Shown: positions 16,790 to 28,638, counted from the first letter of the stretch. The stretch is DNA of 64,000 nt from an uncultured Anaerolineaceae bacterium (GCA_964391725.1 CAYMNB010000002.1:860-64859), one strand, 5' to 3'. A program made the numbers and translations. Notes: generated by a model not told the origin, from the sequence alone.

Positions 16790-18070
16790 ATGCTTGATTT
16801 AACATTCATTCGCGAAGAGCCTGAACTCGTTAAAAAGGCACTGATTCGTCGGTACATGGATTCTTCAGTGATCGATGATGTACTTACGTTGGATGAACAG
16901 AGGCGAGCACTATTGACCGAGGTGGAGACCTTGAAGGCCGAGCGAAATCGTGTTTCCAAAGAAATCGGTGCGCAGAAGGATCAAGAGAAGCGTGCGGAAA
17001 AAATTACTGCTATGAAGAAGGTTGCAGACCGCATATCTGTGCTTGATGAAGATGTCAGGCAGGTTGAAACCACTCTCAATACACTCATGGCTGGCATTCC
17101 CAATATCCCTGAAAATGATGTGCCAAACGGCAAAGATGATTCAGAAAACGTGGTTGTGCGGGTGTGTGGAGAAAAACCGGCTTTTGATTTCACTCCATTG
17201 CCGCATTGGGAATTGGGCGAGAAACTCGGTATCATTGACTTTGAGCGTGGAGCGAAAATATCTGGCTCACGCTTCTACATTCTTAATGGCGCCGGGGCAA
17301 GGTTGCAGCGTGCATTGATCTCTTTTATGATCGATTTGCACAACCAGCAGGGTTACGAAGAACGCTACACGCCTTTTGTTGTGCGTGAGGCAACCCTTTA
17401 TGCTTCGGGTCAGCTGCCCAAGTTTGCCGATAACCTCTACCATGACGTTGAGGATGATTTCTGGATGCTGCCGACATCTGAGGTAGCGCTGACCGGACTG
17501 CACATGGACGAAGTGCTTATTGAGAGTGAACTGCCTTTGCGCTATACGGCTTATTCAGCCTGCTTCAGGCGCGAGAAAATGAGCGCAGGCAGAGATGTGC
17601 GCGGAATCAAACGCGGACATCAATTCGATAAAGTGGAGATGTATTCGTTTACCCATCCGGATGAATCTGCCAGGGAATTGGAGAAAATGATCTCTGACGC
17701 GGCAGAGACCTGTGAGAGATTGGGCCTGCCCTATCGTGTTTTGCAACTGTGCACAGGGGATTTGAGTTTCGGCGCACAAAAGGCATTCGATATCGAAGTG
17801 TGGTCGGCTGGTTGCCAGGAATGGCTGGAAGTTTCTTCCATCTCCAATGTGGGTGATTTTCAGGCACGCCGCGCCAACATCAAATACACACCGGCCGATG
17901 GCGGTAAACGGCAATTTGTTCACACGTTGAATGGTTCAGGTCTGGGCATGCCACGGGTTCTGATCGCTGTGCTGGAGAATAATCAGCAGGCAGATGGGGC
18001 GGTTGTCATTCCTGAGGTACTGAAACCCTGGATGGGTGGAATAGAAGTCATAGAACCCCGGGATTCATAA
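16790..18070 (+). CDS. serS: Seryl-tRNA synthetase
   Basis: N-terminal coiled-coil arm MLDLTFIREEPELVKKAL. Class II motifs include FRRE...RG..R.HQF.KVE and GSGL..PR.L.A.LEN. Confidence 0.95.
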   Translation: MLDLTFIREEPELVKKALIRRYMDSSVIDDVLTLDEQRRALLTEVETLKAERNRVSKEIGAQKDQEKRAEKITAMKKVADRISVLDEDVRQVETTLNTLMAGIPNIPENDVPNGKDDSENVVVRVCGEKPAFDFTPLPHWELGEKLGIIDFERGAKISGSRFYILNGAGARLQRALISFMIDLHNQQGYEERYTPFVVREATLYASGQLPKFADNLYHDVEDDFWMLPTSEVALTGLHMDEVLIESELPLRYTAYSACFRREKMSAGRDVRGIKRGHQFDKVEMYSFTHPDESARELEKMISDAAETCERLGLPYRVLQLCTGDLSFGAQKAFDIEVWSAGCQEWLEVSSISNVGDFQARRANIKYTPADGGKRQFVHTLNGSGLGMPRVLIAVLENNQQADGAVVIPEVLKPWMGGIEVIEPRDS

Positions 18071-18079
18071 GCAACAAGT

Positions 18080-18592
18080 ATGGATGCGATACCCCTTATC
18101 CTATTTCAGATCATTTGTGGGGCTGTCATCGTAGCGGCCTGGATAACGTTGCCATTTATGATCATCCCCGGTGGAACGATCATCTGGGCGGTTTTTCTGG
18201 TGTATGTCATTGTGACCGGCTTCAATCCTGCCAGTATCGCCATTCTGGTTTTTCAGACCATCTTTATGGTTATCACCAACACAGTCGATAATCTATTGAT
18301 GGGTGGGTCTGCTAAGGCCCAGGGTGCCAGCTGGTGGTCAATCGGGGCTGCTGTACTGGGCGCGCTGGTTGGTTCCGTCGTTTTCCCACCATTGGGTGGC
18401 ATCCCTGGCGGTTTTCTGTTTCTTTTCCTGGCAGAATATTCCCAAAAGAAACAGCTTGATACAGCCTGGTATTCGGTGAAGGGCATGATGAAAGGCTTTG
18501 GCTGGGCGGCAATCACACGCATGGGGGCAGGCAGTATTATGGTGTTCTGGTTTGTTGCCCTGGTGACTATCCAACACCTGGGTTGGGTGTGA
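18080..18592 (+). CDS. Integral membrane protein (DUF456-like)
   Basis: Four to five hydrophobic helices and the size fit DUF456-type proteins. The family assignment is by recollection only. Confidence 0.45.
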   Translation: MDAIPLILFQIICGAVIVAAWITLPFMIIPGGTIIWAVFLVYVIVTGFNPASIAILVFQTIFMVITNTVDNLLMGGSAKAQGASWWSIGAAVLGALVGSVVFPPLGGIPGGFLFLFLAEYSQKKQLDTAWYSVKGMMKGFGWAAITRMGAGSIMVFWFVALVTIQHLGWV

Positions 18593-18614
18593 CCGAAGTA
18601 TCTGCCGGCAATGC

Positions 18615-19469
18615 CTATTGGGCGTTTTCTGTTGCGAACAATGCTGATGAATCAGCAGGCAGGTATAGATAGCCTTCCTGCTGATAGCCCAATTTGGCAA
18701 CCCTTTCGGGGTTTTTCCAAAGTTGCTGGGCGGTGTAGGCGACAATTCGGGCGTTTAGCTGCTGTGGCGTCAGCATTAAATCGAGTGGAATGCTACCCAT
18801 TTTGATTTTGAATCTGGTGATTTCTTCAAAAAATTCCATCGGGTCAGGCAGGTGAAACCCCAACTCATACAGGATCATCTGTCGTTGGATACGTCCAAGC
18901 AATTGGTTTTGATCTATCATTTCTCCTTGCATAATGCTCCAAAAAGCCGCATCGGCAGGCACCTCGATCAAAGATTTTTCTGTTTGATTGACAGATAATT
19001 CGTATCCCAAATCGATCAATTGACGGCTCATCGTGAAGCCACGCGACATAGCTGCCGGCATTTTGTGTGGATCGTTTGGCGTGAAATACACCGGTGCGCC
19101 ATGTTGCGCCAGTTCAAACTCTACTCTGCGGCAATTCGGCCAACGACCAGGGTGGTGTTTGGGTAGATTGCTTTGTGTTAAATAACCTGTATTGATAGAC
19201 AAAGGTGCATTGATACCAATGATTAACTTGTCGGTTTTTGACAAGAATTGGGTAAGTTCCTCCCAATCGCCAGTCAGTTCAGAGCGAAAGTGTAATTGGG
19301 AATCAATGGCTGCCAAATGATAGTATGGCGGGCGGTTATTAACATCAATGCCAACGAATGTGTATGTGTCCATACATGTATTGTAGATGATATTCATCCT
19401 CATACACAATGGTATTTGTCTTGAATTGACGCAAGAGACCCCGAGCAGCGTGGTAATTCCACAAAACAC
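18615..19469 (-). CDS. Hypothetical protein, possibly DUF429 / RNase-H-fold family; start uncertain
   Basis: YTFVGIDV... and ...LIIGINAPL resemble the N-terminal strands of DUF429 proteins. Candidate starts are in-frame Met codons at 19469, 19403, 19397 and 19373. No clear RBS is visible. Confidence 0.35.
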   Translation of the reverse strand: MFCGITTLLGVSCVNSRQIPLCMRMNIIYNTCMDTYTFVGIDVNNRPPYYHLAAIDSQLHFRSELTGDWEELTQFLSKTDKLIIGINAPLSINTGYLTQSNLPKHHPGRWPNCRRVEFELAQHGAPVYFTPNDPHKMPAAMSRGFTMSRQLIDLGYELSVNQTEKSLIEVPADAAFWSIMQGEMIDQNQLLGRIQRQMILYELGFHLPDPMEFFEEITRFKIKMGSIPLDLMLTPQQLNARIVAYTAQQLWKNPERVAKLGYQQEGYLYLPADSSALFATENAQ

Positions 19470-19496
19470 ATGCTTTTGGTCATTTTCCTGACAACG

Positions 19497-19505
19497 TGAT
19501 ATAAT
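19497..19505 (+). promoter_or_regulatory. Extended -10 promoter element (TGATATAAT) upstream of the DEAD-box helicase gene
   Basis: An exact TGnTATAAT lies about 83 nt upstream of the ATG at 19588. I see no convincing -35 element. Confidence 0.45.
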
Positions 19506-19587
19506 GACATGTCTTATTCAATATATGTTCTAATAGTTTGCTGTTGAAGTCGGTTCGATTTTTCCAGTGTAACGTTAGTGAGGAAAA

Positions 19588-20796
<1,209 letters not shown>

Positions 20797-20804
20797 ACAA
20801 CCTG

Positions 20805-21122
20805 TCAATCGAGATGAAAATATTCTTCCAGCTCCAAAAAACTTTGGTCAGGCTTGATACCTTCGGGTACAAAGGGCGCCATGAATTGCTGCCAGCGTTC
20901 ATTGACTTCTTCCTGCTGCATGCCAGCATTGGCGGCTGTCAAGCTTTCCGGTGTTTCAACATAGCCAAAGACCTCACCGTTAGGTTTGATAAACAGGGTG
21001 TAGTTGTGCCAGCCATTGCGTGATAATGCCTCCAACATCTCAGGCCAAACCGTTTTGTGATGTTGTTTGTATTCCTCGATTTTGTCTTCACGGATCCTGA
21101 ATGTAAAAGCCACTCGGTTCAT
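20805..21122 (-). CDS. rhaM: L-rhamnose mutarotase
   Basis: MNRVAFTFRIREDKIEEYKQHHKTVWPEMLEALSRNGWHNYTLF matches the RhaM family. The size of about 104 aa counts from ATG 21122. Confidence 0.8.
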   Translation of the reverse strand: MNRVAFTFRIREDKIEEYKQHHKTVWPEMLEALSRNGWHNYTLFIKPNGEVFGYVETPESLTAANAGMQQEEVNERWQQFMAPFVPEGIKPDQSFLELEEYFHLD

Positions 21123-21294
21123 GGGTTTGCTCCTGTTGGTTATCTTGACTATCATTATAGTGGCAGATGTATTGGCTCAGTGGATTTCTTGTGGTGGAGC
21201 TTTAGTAAATGAAAAACTATTTCAATTCTTCGCTGTTGTGCAGCAATAATGATTGATTGACGTTCTACTGAAAGACTGCTATATTGTTGTCAAG

Positions 21295-22647
21295 ATGAAA
21301 TTGAAGGAAACCAGTTGGTTATTTCGAGTAAAGCAATGGGGAAAGAACGAGCTTGCCTGGCTGCGCCCAGGGCTGGGCATTAAACGCTGGATTTTGTTGA
21401 TGATTGCTGGCACGGCGCTGCTGGGTTTCAGCATCGCAGTCGTCCTGTTGGATATCTACAGAACTGTTGAGCAGTCGTGGCTGACACAGGTTCTGGCATT
21501 CCTTTCGCTGCGTTTCCTGCCACGCTGGCTGCGGTTTGTCCTTTTTTCAGGGTCTGGCGCTTTGTGTATCTATTTCAGTATTATGGGGTTGAGCCGCAAT
21601 ATTTTAAAACCATTCATGCCGCAAGGGGCGGGGGTATTGGATGCGATTGCCAGTTACCGCCGTCGGGAGCGTGGGCCTAACGTAGTTGTATTAGGTGGTG
21701 GATCGGGATTGGCATCTATATTGCGTGGTTTGAAAAAGCACACAGCTAACATAACAGCCGTTGTGACCATGGCAGATGACGGGGGTTCGTCTGGTGAGTT
21801 AAGGCGCAGAATCGGCACACCACCACCGGGTGATATCCGCAACTGTATGACGGCGTTATCTGATGATGAAGCCATGCTGACCCAAATTTTTCGATATCGC
21901 TTTGGCGAAGAATACAACTTGAATGGACATTCATTGGGGAACCTTTTCATCACGGCGCTAAGCGATATAACTGGGAGTTTTGAAGATGGCGTCGCAGAAG
22001 CCAGCCGCGTTCTGGCGATCACCGGGCAGGTGATGCCAGCGACGTTGCAAGATGTGCGGTTGGCTGCGGTAAAAAAAGTTTCATTGACCTCAGACAGCCA
22101 GGTGATTCGCGGTGAAAGTGAAATTACCAAAGCCCCAGGCAAGATAGAACGGGTATGGCTTGACCCTGATAAGCCGCAGGCATTTCCGCCGGCTATTCAG
22201 GCGATTTTGGCAGCAGATCTGATTATCATTGGCCCGGGTAGCCTGTACACCTCGATCCTTGCCAATGTACTGGTGCCGGACATTTCCCGCGCCTTGAACG
22301 CCAGTAAAGCCCAGAAATTCTATGTTTCCAACATTACCTCGCAGCCGGGTGAAACCGATGGGTACACGGTCGGGGATCATATCAAGGTGCTTGAAAAATA
22401 CCTTGGATCGAATATATTCGATGTAATCATCTGCAACCGGTATTTTTCAGGGATTTCGTTGCCTGAACCATTGACCTGGGTCACGATTGACGACAATCTG
22501 TCTGCGAACTATGTCATCTATCCGTCTGACCTGGTCGCTAAAGACAAACCCTCGCGGCATGATTCGGATAAATTGGCACAAATTGTCATGGATTTGTTTT
22601 ATGAGCGGACCGGTCCTTTGTTAAATATTAACAACGATATGACTTAA
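21295..22647 (+). CDS. YvcK/CofD-like (UPF0052, gluconeogenesis factor) protein with N-terminal membrane extension
   Basis: VVVLGGGSGLASILRGLK...VVTMADDGGSSGELRR...PPGDIRNC...GHSLGNLF is typical of YvcK. Two TM helices precede the domain. Confidence 0.85.
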   Translation: MKLKETSWLFRVKQWGKNELAWLRPGLGIKRWILLMIAGTALLGFSIAVVLLDIYRTVEQSWLTQVLAFLSLRFLPRWLRFVLFSGSGALCIYFSIMGLSRNILKPFMPQGAGVLDAIASYRRRERGPNVVVLGGGSGLASILRGLKKHTANITAVVTMADDGGSSGELRRRIGTPPPGDIRNCMTALSDDEAMLTQIFRYRFGEEYNLNGHSLGNLFITALSDITGSFEDGVAEASRVLAITGQVMPATLQDVRLAAVKKVSLTSDSQVIRGESEITKAPGKIERVWLDPDKPQAFPPAIQAILAADLIIIGPGSLYTSILANVLVPDISRALNASKAQKFYVSNITSQPGETDGYTVGDHIKVLEKYLGSNIFDVIICNRYFSGISLPEPLTWVTIDDNLSANYVIYPSDLVAKDKPSRHDSDKLAQIVMDLFYERTGPLLNINNDMT

Positions 22648-22807
22648 TGGTCGAAAATGCCCACGAATCGGGACAAATTTCACCACTCTTTGGGCTTTGA
22701 TGATGGTAAAATTAGGTTGGTAGCATTAAAAAAACGCTATGATTTAGAAACCGATTTTATCGGTTTTCTTTCAGTGTAATCAATTATTTCATCTACGGAG
22801 GAAACAA

Positions 22808-23839
22808 ATGGCAATTAAAGTTGGTATTAATGGTTTTGGCCGCATCGGCCGACAGGTGTTTAAGGCGATCAAAGAGCAGTATGACGGCGAATTGGAAGTT
22901 GTGGCTGTCAATGATTTGATGCCGGTAGACACCAATGCATTTTTGTTGGAATGGGATTCAAACTACGGACATTTTGATGCTGATATCCAGGTTGTTGATG
23001 GTAATTTGCATGTAAATGGCGATCTGGTCAAGTGCTTTTCTGAGCGCGATCCCGGCAATTTGCCCTGGGGTGAACTTGGTGTTGACATTGTCATCGAAAG
23101 TACTGGTGTGTTCACCGATAAACTGGGTAAAGGCAATATGGCTGGCGCGCAAGATCACATCACCCGCGGCGGTGCCAAAAAAGTTATCATTTCTGCACCT
23201 GCAAAAAACGAAGACATTACTATCGTAATTGGTGTGAATGATGAGCTTTACGATCCCGCTATCCATCATGTCCTGTCGAATGCGTCCTGCACCACCAACT
23301 GTCTGGCTCCTGCTGCCAAAGTGATTCACGATAGCTTTGGTATCAAACGCGGCTTGATGACGACAATTCACAGCTACACCAATGATCAGCGTATTCTGGA
23401 CTTTGGTCACAAAGACATGCGCCGTGCACGCGCTGCTGCCCTGAACATTATCCCCACCACCACCGGCGCTGCCAAAGCTGTCGCTTTGGTGATTCCCGAT
23501 CTGAAGGGCAAATTCGACGGTTATGCCCTGCGCGTTCCTACCCCCACGGTATCCATTGTTGATTTCGTGGCCGAAGTGGAGAAACCGACCTCGGCGGAAG
23601 AAGTGAATGCTGCTTTGAAAGCCGCTTCTGAAGGTCCGTTGAAGGGCATCCTTGGCTTCGAGACACGTCCGCTGGTTTCTATGGACTATAAAGGTGACAG
23701 CCGTTCTTCGATCATTGATGCAGCCCTGACTATGGTAATGAGTGATAATTTGGTCAAAGTGGTGACCTGGTATGACAACGAATGGGGTTATTCCTGCCGC
23801 ACCGCTCAACTGGCTTCCATTCTTGGTAAAAAACTCTAA
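22808..23839 (+). CDS. gap: Glyceraldehyde-3-phosphate dehydrogenase
   Basis: [15 protein letters not shown] at the N-terminus, active site [12 protein letters not shown], and WYDNEWGYS. Confidence 0.97.
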   Translation: MAIKVGINGFGRIGRQVFKAIKEQYDGELEVVAVNDLMPVDTNAFLLEWDSNYGHFDADIQVVDGNLHVNGDLVKCFSERDPGNLPWGELGVDIVIESTGVFTDKLGKGNMAGAQDHITRGGAKKVIISAPAKNEDITIVIGVNDELYDPAIHHVLSNASCTTNCLAPAAKVIHDSFGIKRGLMTTIHSYTNDQRILDFGHKDMRRARAAALNIIPTTTGAAKAVALVIPDLKGKFDGYALRVPTPTVSIVDFVAEVEKPTSAEEVNAALKAASEGPLKGILGFETRPLVSMDYKGDSRSSIIDAALTMVMSDNLVKVVTWYDNEWGYSCRTAQLASILGKKL

Positions 23840-23871
23840 TTGATACGGTCTATAGACCGCAGGTAAAAATG

Positions 23872-23920
23872 GCGTACTGTGTGAGAGGTTAGCTTGCTGC
23901 CGATGACACAGTACGCTTTT
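23872..23920 (+). terminator. Intercistronic hairpin plus U-tract between gap and pgk (partial terminator / processing site candidate)
   Basis: An 11-bp perfect stem GCGTACTGTGT (23872-23882) / ACACAGTACGC (23906-23916), a 23-nt loop, then TTTTG. Confidence 0.5.
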
Positions 23921-23939
23921 GTCTATAGGGAGATAAGAA

Positions 23940-25115
23940 ATGTTTGAAAAAAAGACAATCAAAGACGTGGAATTTGCCGGCAAGAAGGCGTTGGTGCGCG
24001 TTGACTTCAATGTGCCCTTGAAAGACGGCGTGATCACTGATGATACCCGCATCGTGGCCGCCTTACCAACCATTCAGTATTTGCTTGAGCAAGGAGCAGC
24101 CGTTATTCTGTGTTCGCACCTGGGGCGGCCTAAGACGGCGGAAGACCTCCAGTATTCATTAAAACCGGTCGCTGACTACCTGAGCAATCTGGTTGATGCG
24201 AAAGTTGCTTTTGCGGAGGACAGCATTGGTCAGGTGGCTGAAAAAGCAGCCGCCGCGTTACAATCTGGCGAGATTTTGGTGTTGGAAAATACCCGCTTCC
24301 ACCCGGAAGAAACCAAAAATGATGAGGCGATGTCAAAAGAGTTGGCATCTCTGGCAGATGTGTTTGTGAATGATGCGTTTGGCTCTGCTCACCGCGCGCA
24401 TTCCTCCACCGTCGGCGTGGCAGATTATTTGCCCGCCTGTGCTGGTTTTCTATTGGAAAAGGAGATTGAGTACCTGGATCGCGCTATTGAAGATCCGAAA
24501 CGGCCTTTTGTTGCTATTCTGGGCGGTGCCAAAGTCAGTGACAAAATCGGGGTGATCAAGAATTTGTTGAAGAAAGCCGATACGATCCTGATCGGCGGTG
24601 GTATGGCGAATACATTCCTGAAAGCCAAAGGCTTTGAGATGGGCGATTCACTGGTGGAAGAAGACGCATTAATGCTGGCAGAGGAGCTCATGGCAGAAGG
24701 CGGCGAGAAACTGGTGCTTCCGGTGGATCTTGTGCTGGCAGATGCCTTTGACAACGGTGCCAAAACTGAGACCATTGATGCTGGCGATGTGCCGGCAGGA
24801 TGGCGCTGCCTGGATATTGGGCCGAAAACGGTGGCTTTGTTCAGTGAGTTGATTGCTAACGCCGGTACAGTAGTCTGGAATGGCCCGATGGGTGTTTTTG
24901 AGATGTCCAATTTTGCCAAAGGAACTTTTGACGTCGCACAGGCGGTGGCAGATTCCAACGCGATCAGTATCATCGGCGGCGGTGACTCAGCTTCTGCCAT
25001 CAACCAGAGTGGACTGGCGGAAAAGATTTCGCACATTTCAACCGGCGGCGGTGCTTCGCTGGAAATGCTGGAAGGCATCATTCTGCCTGGCCTGGCTGCC
25101 CTGGCTGATAAGTAA
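23940..25115 (+). CDS. pgk: Phosphoglycerate kinase
   Basis: [23 protein letters not shown] and STGGGASLE are all present. Confidence 0.97.
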   Translation: MFEKKTIKDVEFAGKKALVRVDFNVPLKDGVITDDTRIVAALPTIQYLLEQGAAVILCSHLGRPKTAEDLQYSLKPVADYLSNLVDAKVAFAEDSIGQVAEKAAAALQSGEILVLENTRFHPEETKNDEAMSKELASLADVFVNDAFGSAHRAHSSTVGVADYLPACAGFLLEKEIEYLDRAIEDPKRPFVAILGGAKVSDKIGVIKNLLKKADTILIGGGMANTFLKAKGFEMGDSLVEEDALMLAEELMAEGGEKLVLPVDLVLADAFDNGAKTETIDAGDVPAGWRCLDIGPKTVALFSELIANAGTVVWNGPMGVFEMSNFAKGTFDVAQAVADSNAISIIGGGDSASAINQSGLAEKISHISTGGGASLEMLEGIILPGLAALADK

Positions 25116-25181
25116 TCGATATTGATGGGAGATAACAGGGCAGTTCAATTGCGAACTGCCCTGTTTTGATATAATCAGGCC

Positions 25182-26378
25182 ATGCATAATTTCCCCGGTA
25201 TTTTCGAGAAAAAAAAGGTTAAAAACCTGGTCATAGTGACCGTGTTCATGTTGGGGGTTGTTGTGTTTGCAACGGCCTGTCGGCAGGAGTCGCCTGATGT
25301 TGACGCAGAGGTAGAAGCAGTAATTGATGAAACAGTGACTGCCACGAATGCGATGCTATCTACCCAGACGCCAACGGTGATCTTCACGCCGACCGCTACA
25401 ATAACGCCTGAGCCGACAATCACACCGACACCTATCGATTATGCGACCATCGCTTGCTACTCTGAGAATCTGCCCTATGCCTGGGCGGAGTCTGCGGCAG
25501 TTCTGGGGTGGAAGTTTTTCGCTGATAACAATGAACTGAATTACCGGGTGCTTTACTTTCCATCACCATGTTCTGAACAAGCCGTAGAGCAGGACCTGAC
25601 ATACCTGCTCTATGATAATCAGAATTTTGACGAAACACTATTTATCGTATTGGACGAGCGCAGTTCGGGCATCGCCGCCAAGTTTTACCAGCATCTGTTA
25701 TTCTATGATTTCTGGGCGATGGGTCCAGAAGATTATCCTATGTTGGTGGAGGGCAGCGAAGAGGTAAATCCAAATCTGCTGTTCTTCCGCACAGACCGCC
25801 TGAATGGTGAAGGATTTGAAGGCAATGAAATTCTGCAAATTATGATCGGGTTGGGTGAACACGAGTATATTCACACCGTGCAGGCACGCAACAACCGCCG
25901 ACTGGCCTCAGACATATGGGAAGACCCCATTTATCAGGCAGCCATTGAATTCTATGCCAACATCGGCAACAATGCCGCCCATCGTTATTTTCGCGCGAAT
26001 TCGGCTTATTTTGACTTGATGTCTATGTTGAGCCACCTTCATCAAATGGGAAAATTGGTATCCTACACAGAAGTGATTCTTGGAGGGATAGGTATCACTT
26101 TGGAAGACTTCCAAGATAAGGAATTGGTCATCTATGATGCCAATATCCGCGATGCAGCCATTAAAATGGCTGGCAACAATTACCTGACAGCTCTGCAGGA
26201 AGGGGAGATCAACGCGCTGATGTTGGCAACCTGGATGGGGCTGGGCGACAGAGACAGCTACGAGTTGGTGCGCACGCTGTATGACCGCCATGTGGCAGAA
26301 ACCAACCTATGGTATTATGGAGGCAACACAACCAATTACTTGCCTGCAACATTTGATGAGTTATTCAGGCCCAATTAA
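25182..26378 (+). CDS. Predicted lipoprotein of unknown function with HExxH motif
   Basis: Lipobox-like signal ...VVVFATAC, a Thr/Pro linker (TPTVIFTPTATITPEPTITPTP), then a globular region containing GEHEYIHT. Confidence 0.45.
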   Translation: MHNFPGIFEKKKVKNLVIVTVFMLGVVVFATACRQESPDVDAEVEAVIDETVTATNAMLSTQTPTVIFTPTATITPEPTITPTPIDYATIACYSENLPYAWAESAAVLGWKFFADNNELNYRVLYFPSPCSEQAVEQDLTYLLYDNQNFDETLFIVLDERSSGIAAKFYQHLLFYDFWAMGPEDYPMLVEGSEEVNPNLLFFRTDRLNGEGFEGNEILQIMIGLGEHEYIHTVQARNNRRLASDIWEDPIYQAAIEFYANIGNNAAHRYFRANSAYFDLMSMLSHLHQMGKLVSYTEVILGGIGITLEDFQDKELVIYDANIRDAAIKMAGNNYLTALQEGEINALMLATWMGLGDRDSYELVRTLYDRHVAETNLWYYGGNTTNYLPATFDELFRPN

Positions 26379-26444
26379 CCTTATGGCAGGCATGACACTG
26401 ATCATACAATAAAATACAAATAGTCTTAAGAAGGAGATCACGCT

Positions 26445-28022
26445 ATGGCTTTCGAATTGACGTATGCCACCATGTTCAACCCGCCTGAAGAGCTGCACCA
26501 GAAATTTGAGCAGACATTTGCCAATTTTCAAGATGTGCTTAGTCAGGAACATCCGATGTTTATTGGGGGAAAGGAGCGCTTCGCTGCCGAGAAGTTTGAG
26601 GTAGTCTCGCCAGTAAATACAGACATTGTGTTAGGTGTTTTCCAGAAAGGCACCGCACAGGATGCGAAAGATGCCGTGGCAGCCGCCAAAGCAGCATTTC
26701 CGGCGTGGTCGGGCTTGCCCTGGCAAAAACGTGTGGGCTTGCTGCGCAAAGCGTGTGACATCATGGATGAACGTATCTTTGAGATCGCTGCTGCCATGAC
26801 CTACGAAGTTGGAAAAAACCGTATGGAAGCCCTGGGGGATGCAGCCGAAACCTCGGCGTTAATTCGTTATGCCTGCCGACAAATGGAAGTCAACGATGGT
26901 TTCATCAAGCCGATGGGCAAAGATCCTTTGACCGGTTATGATGCAACCAATATATCCGTTCTGCGGCCGTATGGGGTGTGGGTGGTGATAAGTCCTTTCA
27001 ACTTTCCATCAGCCCTGACCGGCGGCCCTGCCGGCACGGCACTGGTAACAGGCAACACGCTGGTAATCAAGCCAGCATCGAACACGCCCTGGTCGCCAAA
27101 GATATTGGCGGAATGTTTCATGGCGGCTGGCATTCCGGACGGGGTGGTAAATTTCGTGACCGGCCCAGGCAGTTCTGTCGGGCAGGCGTTGATCGAAAAT
27201 GATGATGTTGACGGAATAACTTTCACCGGGTCTTACGATGTGGGTATGTCCATTTACCGGACTTTTGCCCAGGGAAAATATGTGCGTCCAATCGTTATGG
27301 AATTGGGTGGAAAGAACCCCACCATTGTTTCGCGCAATGCCAATATCGACGACGCAGTGATGGGATTGTATCGCAGCGCGTTTGGCTTGCAGGGGCAGAA
27401 ATGTTCAGCTGGCTCCCGGATTTATATTGAAGCGCCGGTGTATGAGGAATTGGTCGCCAAATTGGTGGAAAAAACCAAAGCGACCATCATCGGTGCACCT
27501 GACAGGCGCGAGGTATTCATGGGGCCGGTGATTGATAAACATGCTTATAATGATTATCAGCGGTTTATCGGTGAATTACGTGAGGCCGATGCCACCATCC
27601 TGACCGGCGGCGAAGTCTTGACCGAAGGTGAACTGGAAAAAGGATACTTCTGCGCACCGACAATCGCTGCGGATGTACCACGCGATCATTGGCTGTGGAA
27701 ACGTGAGATGTTTCTGCCGATCACCTTTGTTGAGAAGGTGCAAAACCTTGAGGAGGCAATGCAACTGGCGAATGATGTTGACTATGGCCTCACCGCTGGT
27801 TTTTATGGCTCAGAAGAGGAAGCGCAATGGTTCTTCGAGAACATCGAGGCGGGTGTGACCTATGCCAATCGTCCGCAGGGCGCCACCACTGGTGCCTGGC
27901 CCGGGTATCAGCCATTTGGCGGTTGGAAAGCCAGCGGTGCAACAGGCAAGCAGGCTGGCGGGTTGAATTACGTACAGTTGTACATGCATGAGCAAAGCCG
28001 CACGCTGATCCGCGCACTGTAA
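26445..28022 (+). CDS. Aldehyde dehydrogenase family, probably L-glutamate gamma-semialdehyde (P5C) dehydrogenase
   Basis: The ALDH motifs ELGGKNP and the catalytic Cys in GQKCSAGSR are present. The 525 aa length and overall pattern resemble the RocA/PruA type. Confidence 0.7.
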   Translation: MAFELTYATMFNPPEELHQKFEQTFANFQDVLSQEHPMFIGGKERFAAEKFEVVSPVNTDIVLGVFQKGTAQDAKDAVAAAKAAFPAWSGLPWQKRVGLLRKACDIMDERIFEIAAAMTYEVGKNRMEALGDAAETSALIRYACRQMEVNDGFIKPMGKDPLTGYDATNISVLRPYGVWVVISPFNFPSALTGGPAGTALVTGNTLVIKPASNTPWSPKILAECFMAAGIPDGVVNFVTGPGSSVGQALIENDDVDGITFTGSYDVGMSIYRTFAQGKYVRPIVMELGGKNPTIVSRNANIDDAVMGLYRSAFGLQGQKCSAGSRIYIEAPVYEELVAKLVEKTKATIIGAPDRREVFMGPVIDKHAYNDYQRFIGELREADATILTGGEVLTEGELEKGYFCAPTIAADVPRDHWLWKREMFLPITFVEKVQNLEEAMQLANDVDYGLTAGFYGSEEEAQWFFENIEAGVTYANRPQGATTGAWPGYQPFGGWKASGATGKQAGGLNYVQLYMHEQSRTLIRAL

Positions 28023-28053
28023 AAAAATTAGCCCCCATCATGGGGGCTTTTTT
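28021..28053. terminator. Bidirectional intrinsic terminator between convergent genes
   Basis: AAAAAAATTA-GCCCCCA-TCA-TGGGGGC-TTTTTT. An A-tract and a T-tract flank a GC-rich hairpin. Confidence 0.75.
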
Positions 28054-28638
28054 CTACTCTTGCTCGTAAGATTGCAAGATCAATTCATCCAATGTTCTTT
28101 TGGGGACATGGTGATTGGATTCTTCGTCACGGTAATAGGTAGTGTCAGCACCCGGCTGGACATCTTCAAGTACTATGGTTTCATTGGGTTTGCCAAGAGC
28201 AATCACGATCATGGTCTCATATTGATCAACAATACCAAGGTTGGCGTCCAGTTTGGGGCGGTTGATAGCGCCCAGTATACAGCCGCCAAAGCCGTCTTCC
28301 ACTGCGCCCAGCAGGATGCTTTGCGCGGCAATGCCAGGATCCAGGCCGGAGTTATTGGTTAATTGGCGGTCACGCAACAGAATGATGTAAGCAGCAGGTC
28401 GTTCGCCTTCAGCAGGTCCGGACCAATCCTTCAATGCGCCTGCCCAGGCAAGAGTTTCAAAAATGATTTCGTTGGTTTCGCGGTTGTTTGAAAGAATGTA
28501 TTTCAAAGGCTGTTTGTTTTGGGCAGAGGGCGAACAGCGGGCCAGGTCTACCCATGCTTGCAATTTGTCCATAGGAATTGCCACAGATTCATCAAAGCGA
28601 CGGTAACTACGATTTTTGAGGATTAAGTCTCGTAACAT
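28054..28638 (-). CDS. Nitroreductase-family flavoprotein
   Basis: RSYRRFDE...ARCSPSAQNKQP is the typical nitroreductase N-terminal motif. Confidence 0.8.
   Translation of the reverse strand: MLRDLILKNRSYRRFDESVAIPMDKLQAWVDLARCSPSAQNKQPLKYILSNNRETNEIIFETLAWAGALKDWSGPAEGERPAAYIILLRDRQLTNNSGLDPGIAAQSILLGAVEDGFGGCILGAINRPKLDANLGIVDQYETMIVIALGKPNETIVLEDVQPGADTTYYRDEESNHHVPKRTLDELILQSYEQE

Noticed and set aside
22958-24073. A 371-aa ORF antisense to gap. It spans the gap-pgk spacer and runs into pgk.
   Set aside because: The translation is low-complexity and has no recognisable motif. It lies exactly opposite two very strongly supported, highly conserved genes. Stop-free antisense frames are a known by-product of strong codon bias in highly expressed genes. 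Only conservation with its own purifying-selection signal, or ribosome profiling, would revive it.
24425-25081. A 218-aa ORF antisense to pgk. The same applies to the other 60-130-aa ORFs nested inside smc, serS, dnaB, glpK and others.
   Set aside because: All are embedded in confidently identified genes on the other strand or in another frame. None has a recognisable domain.
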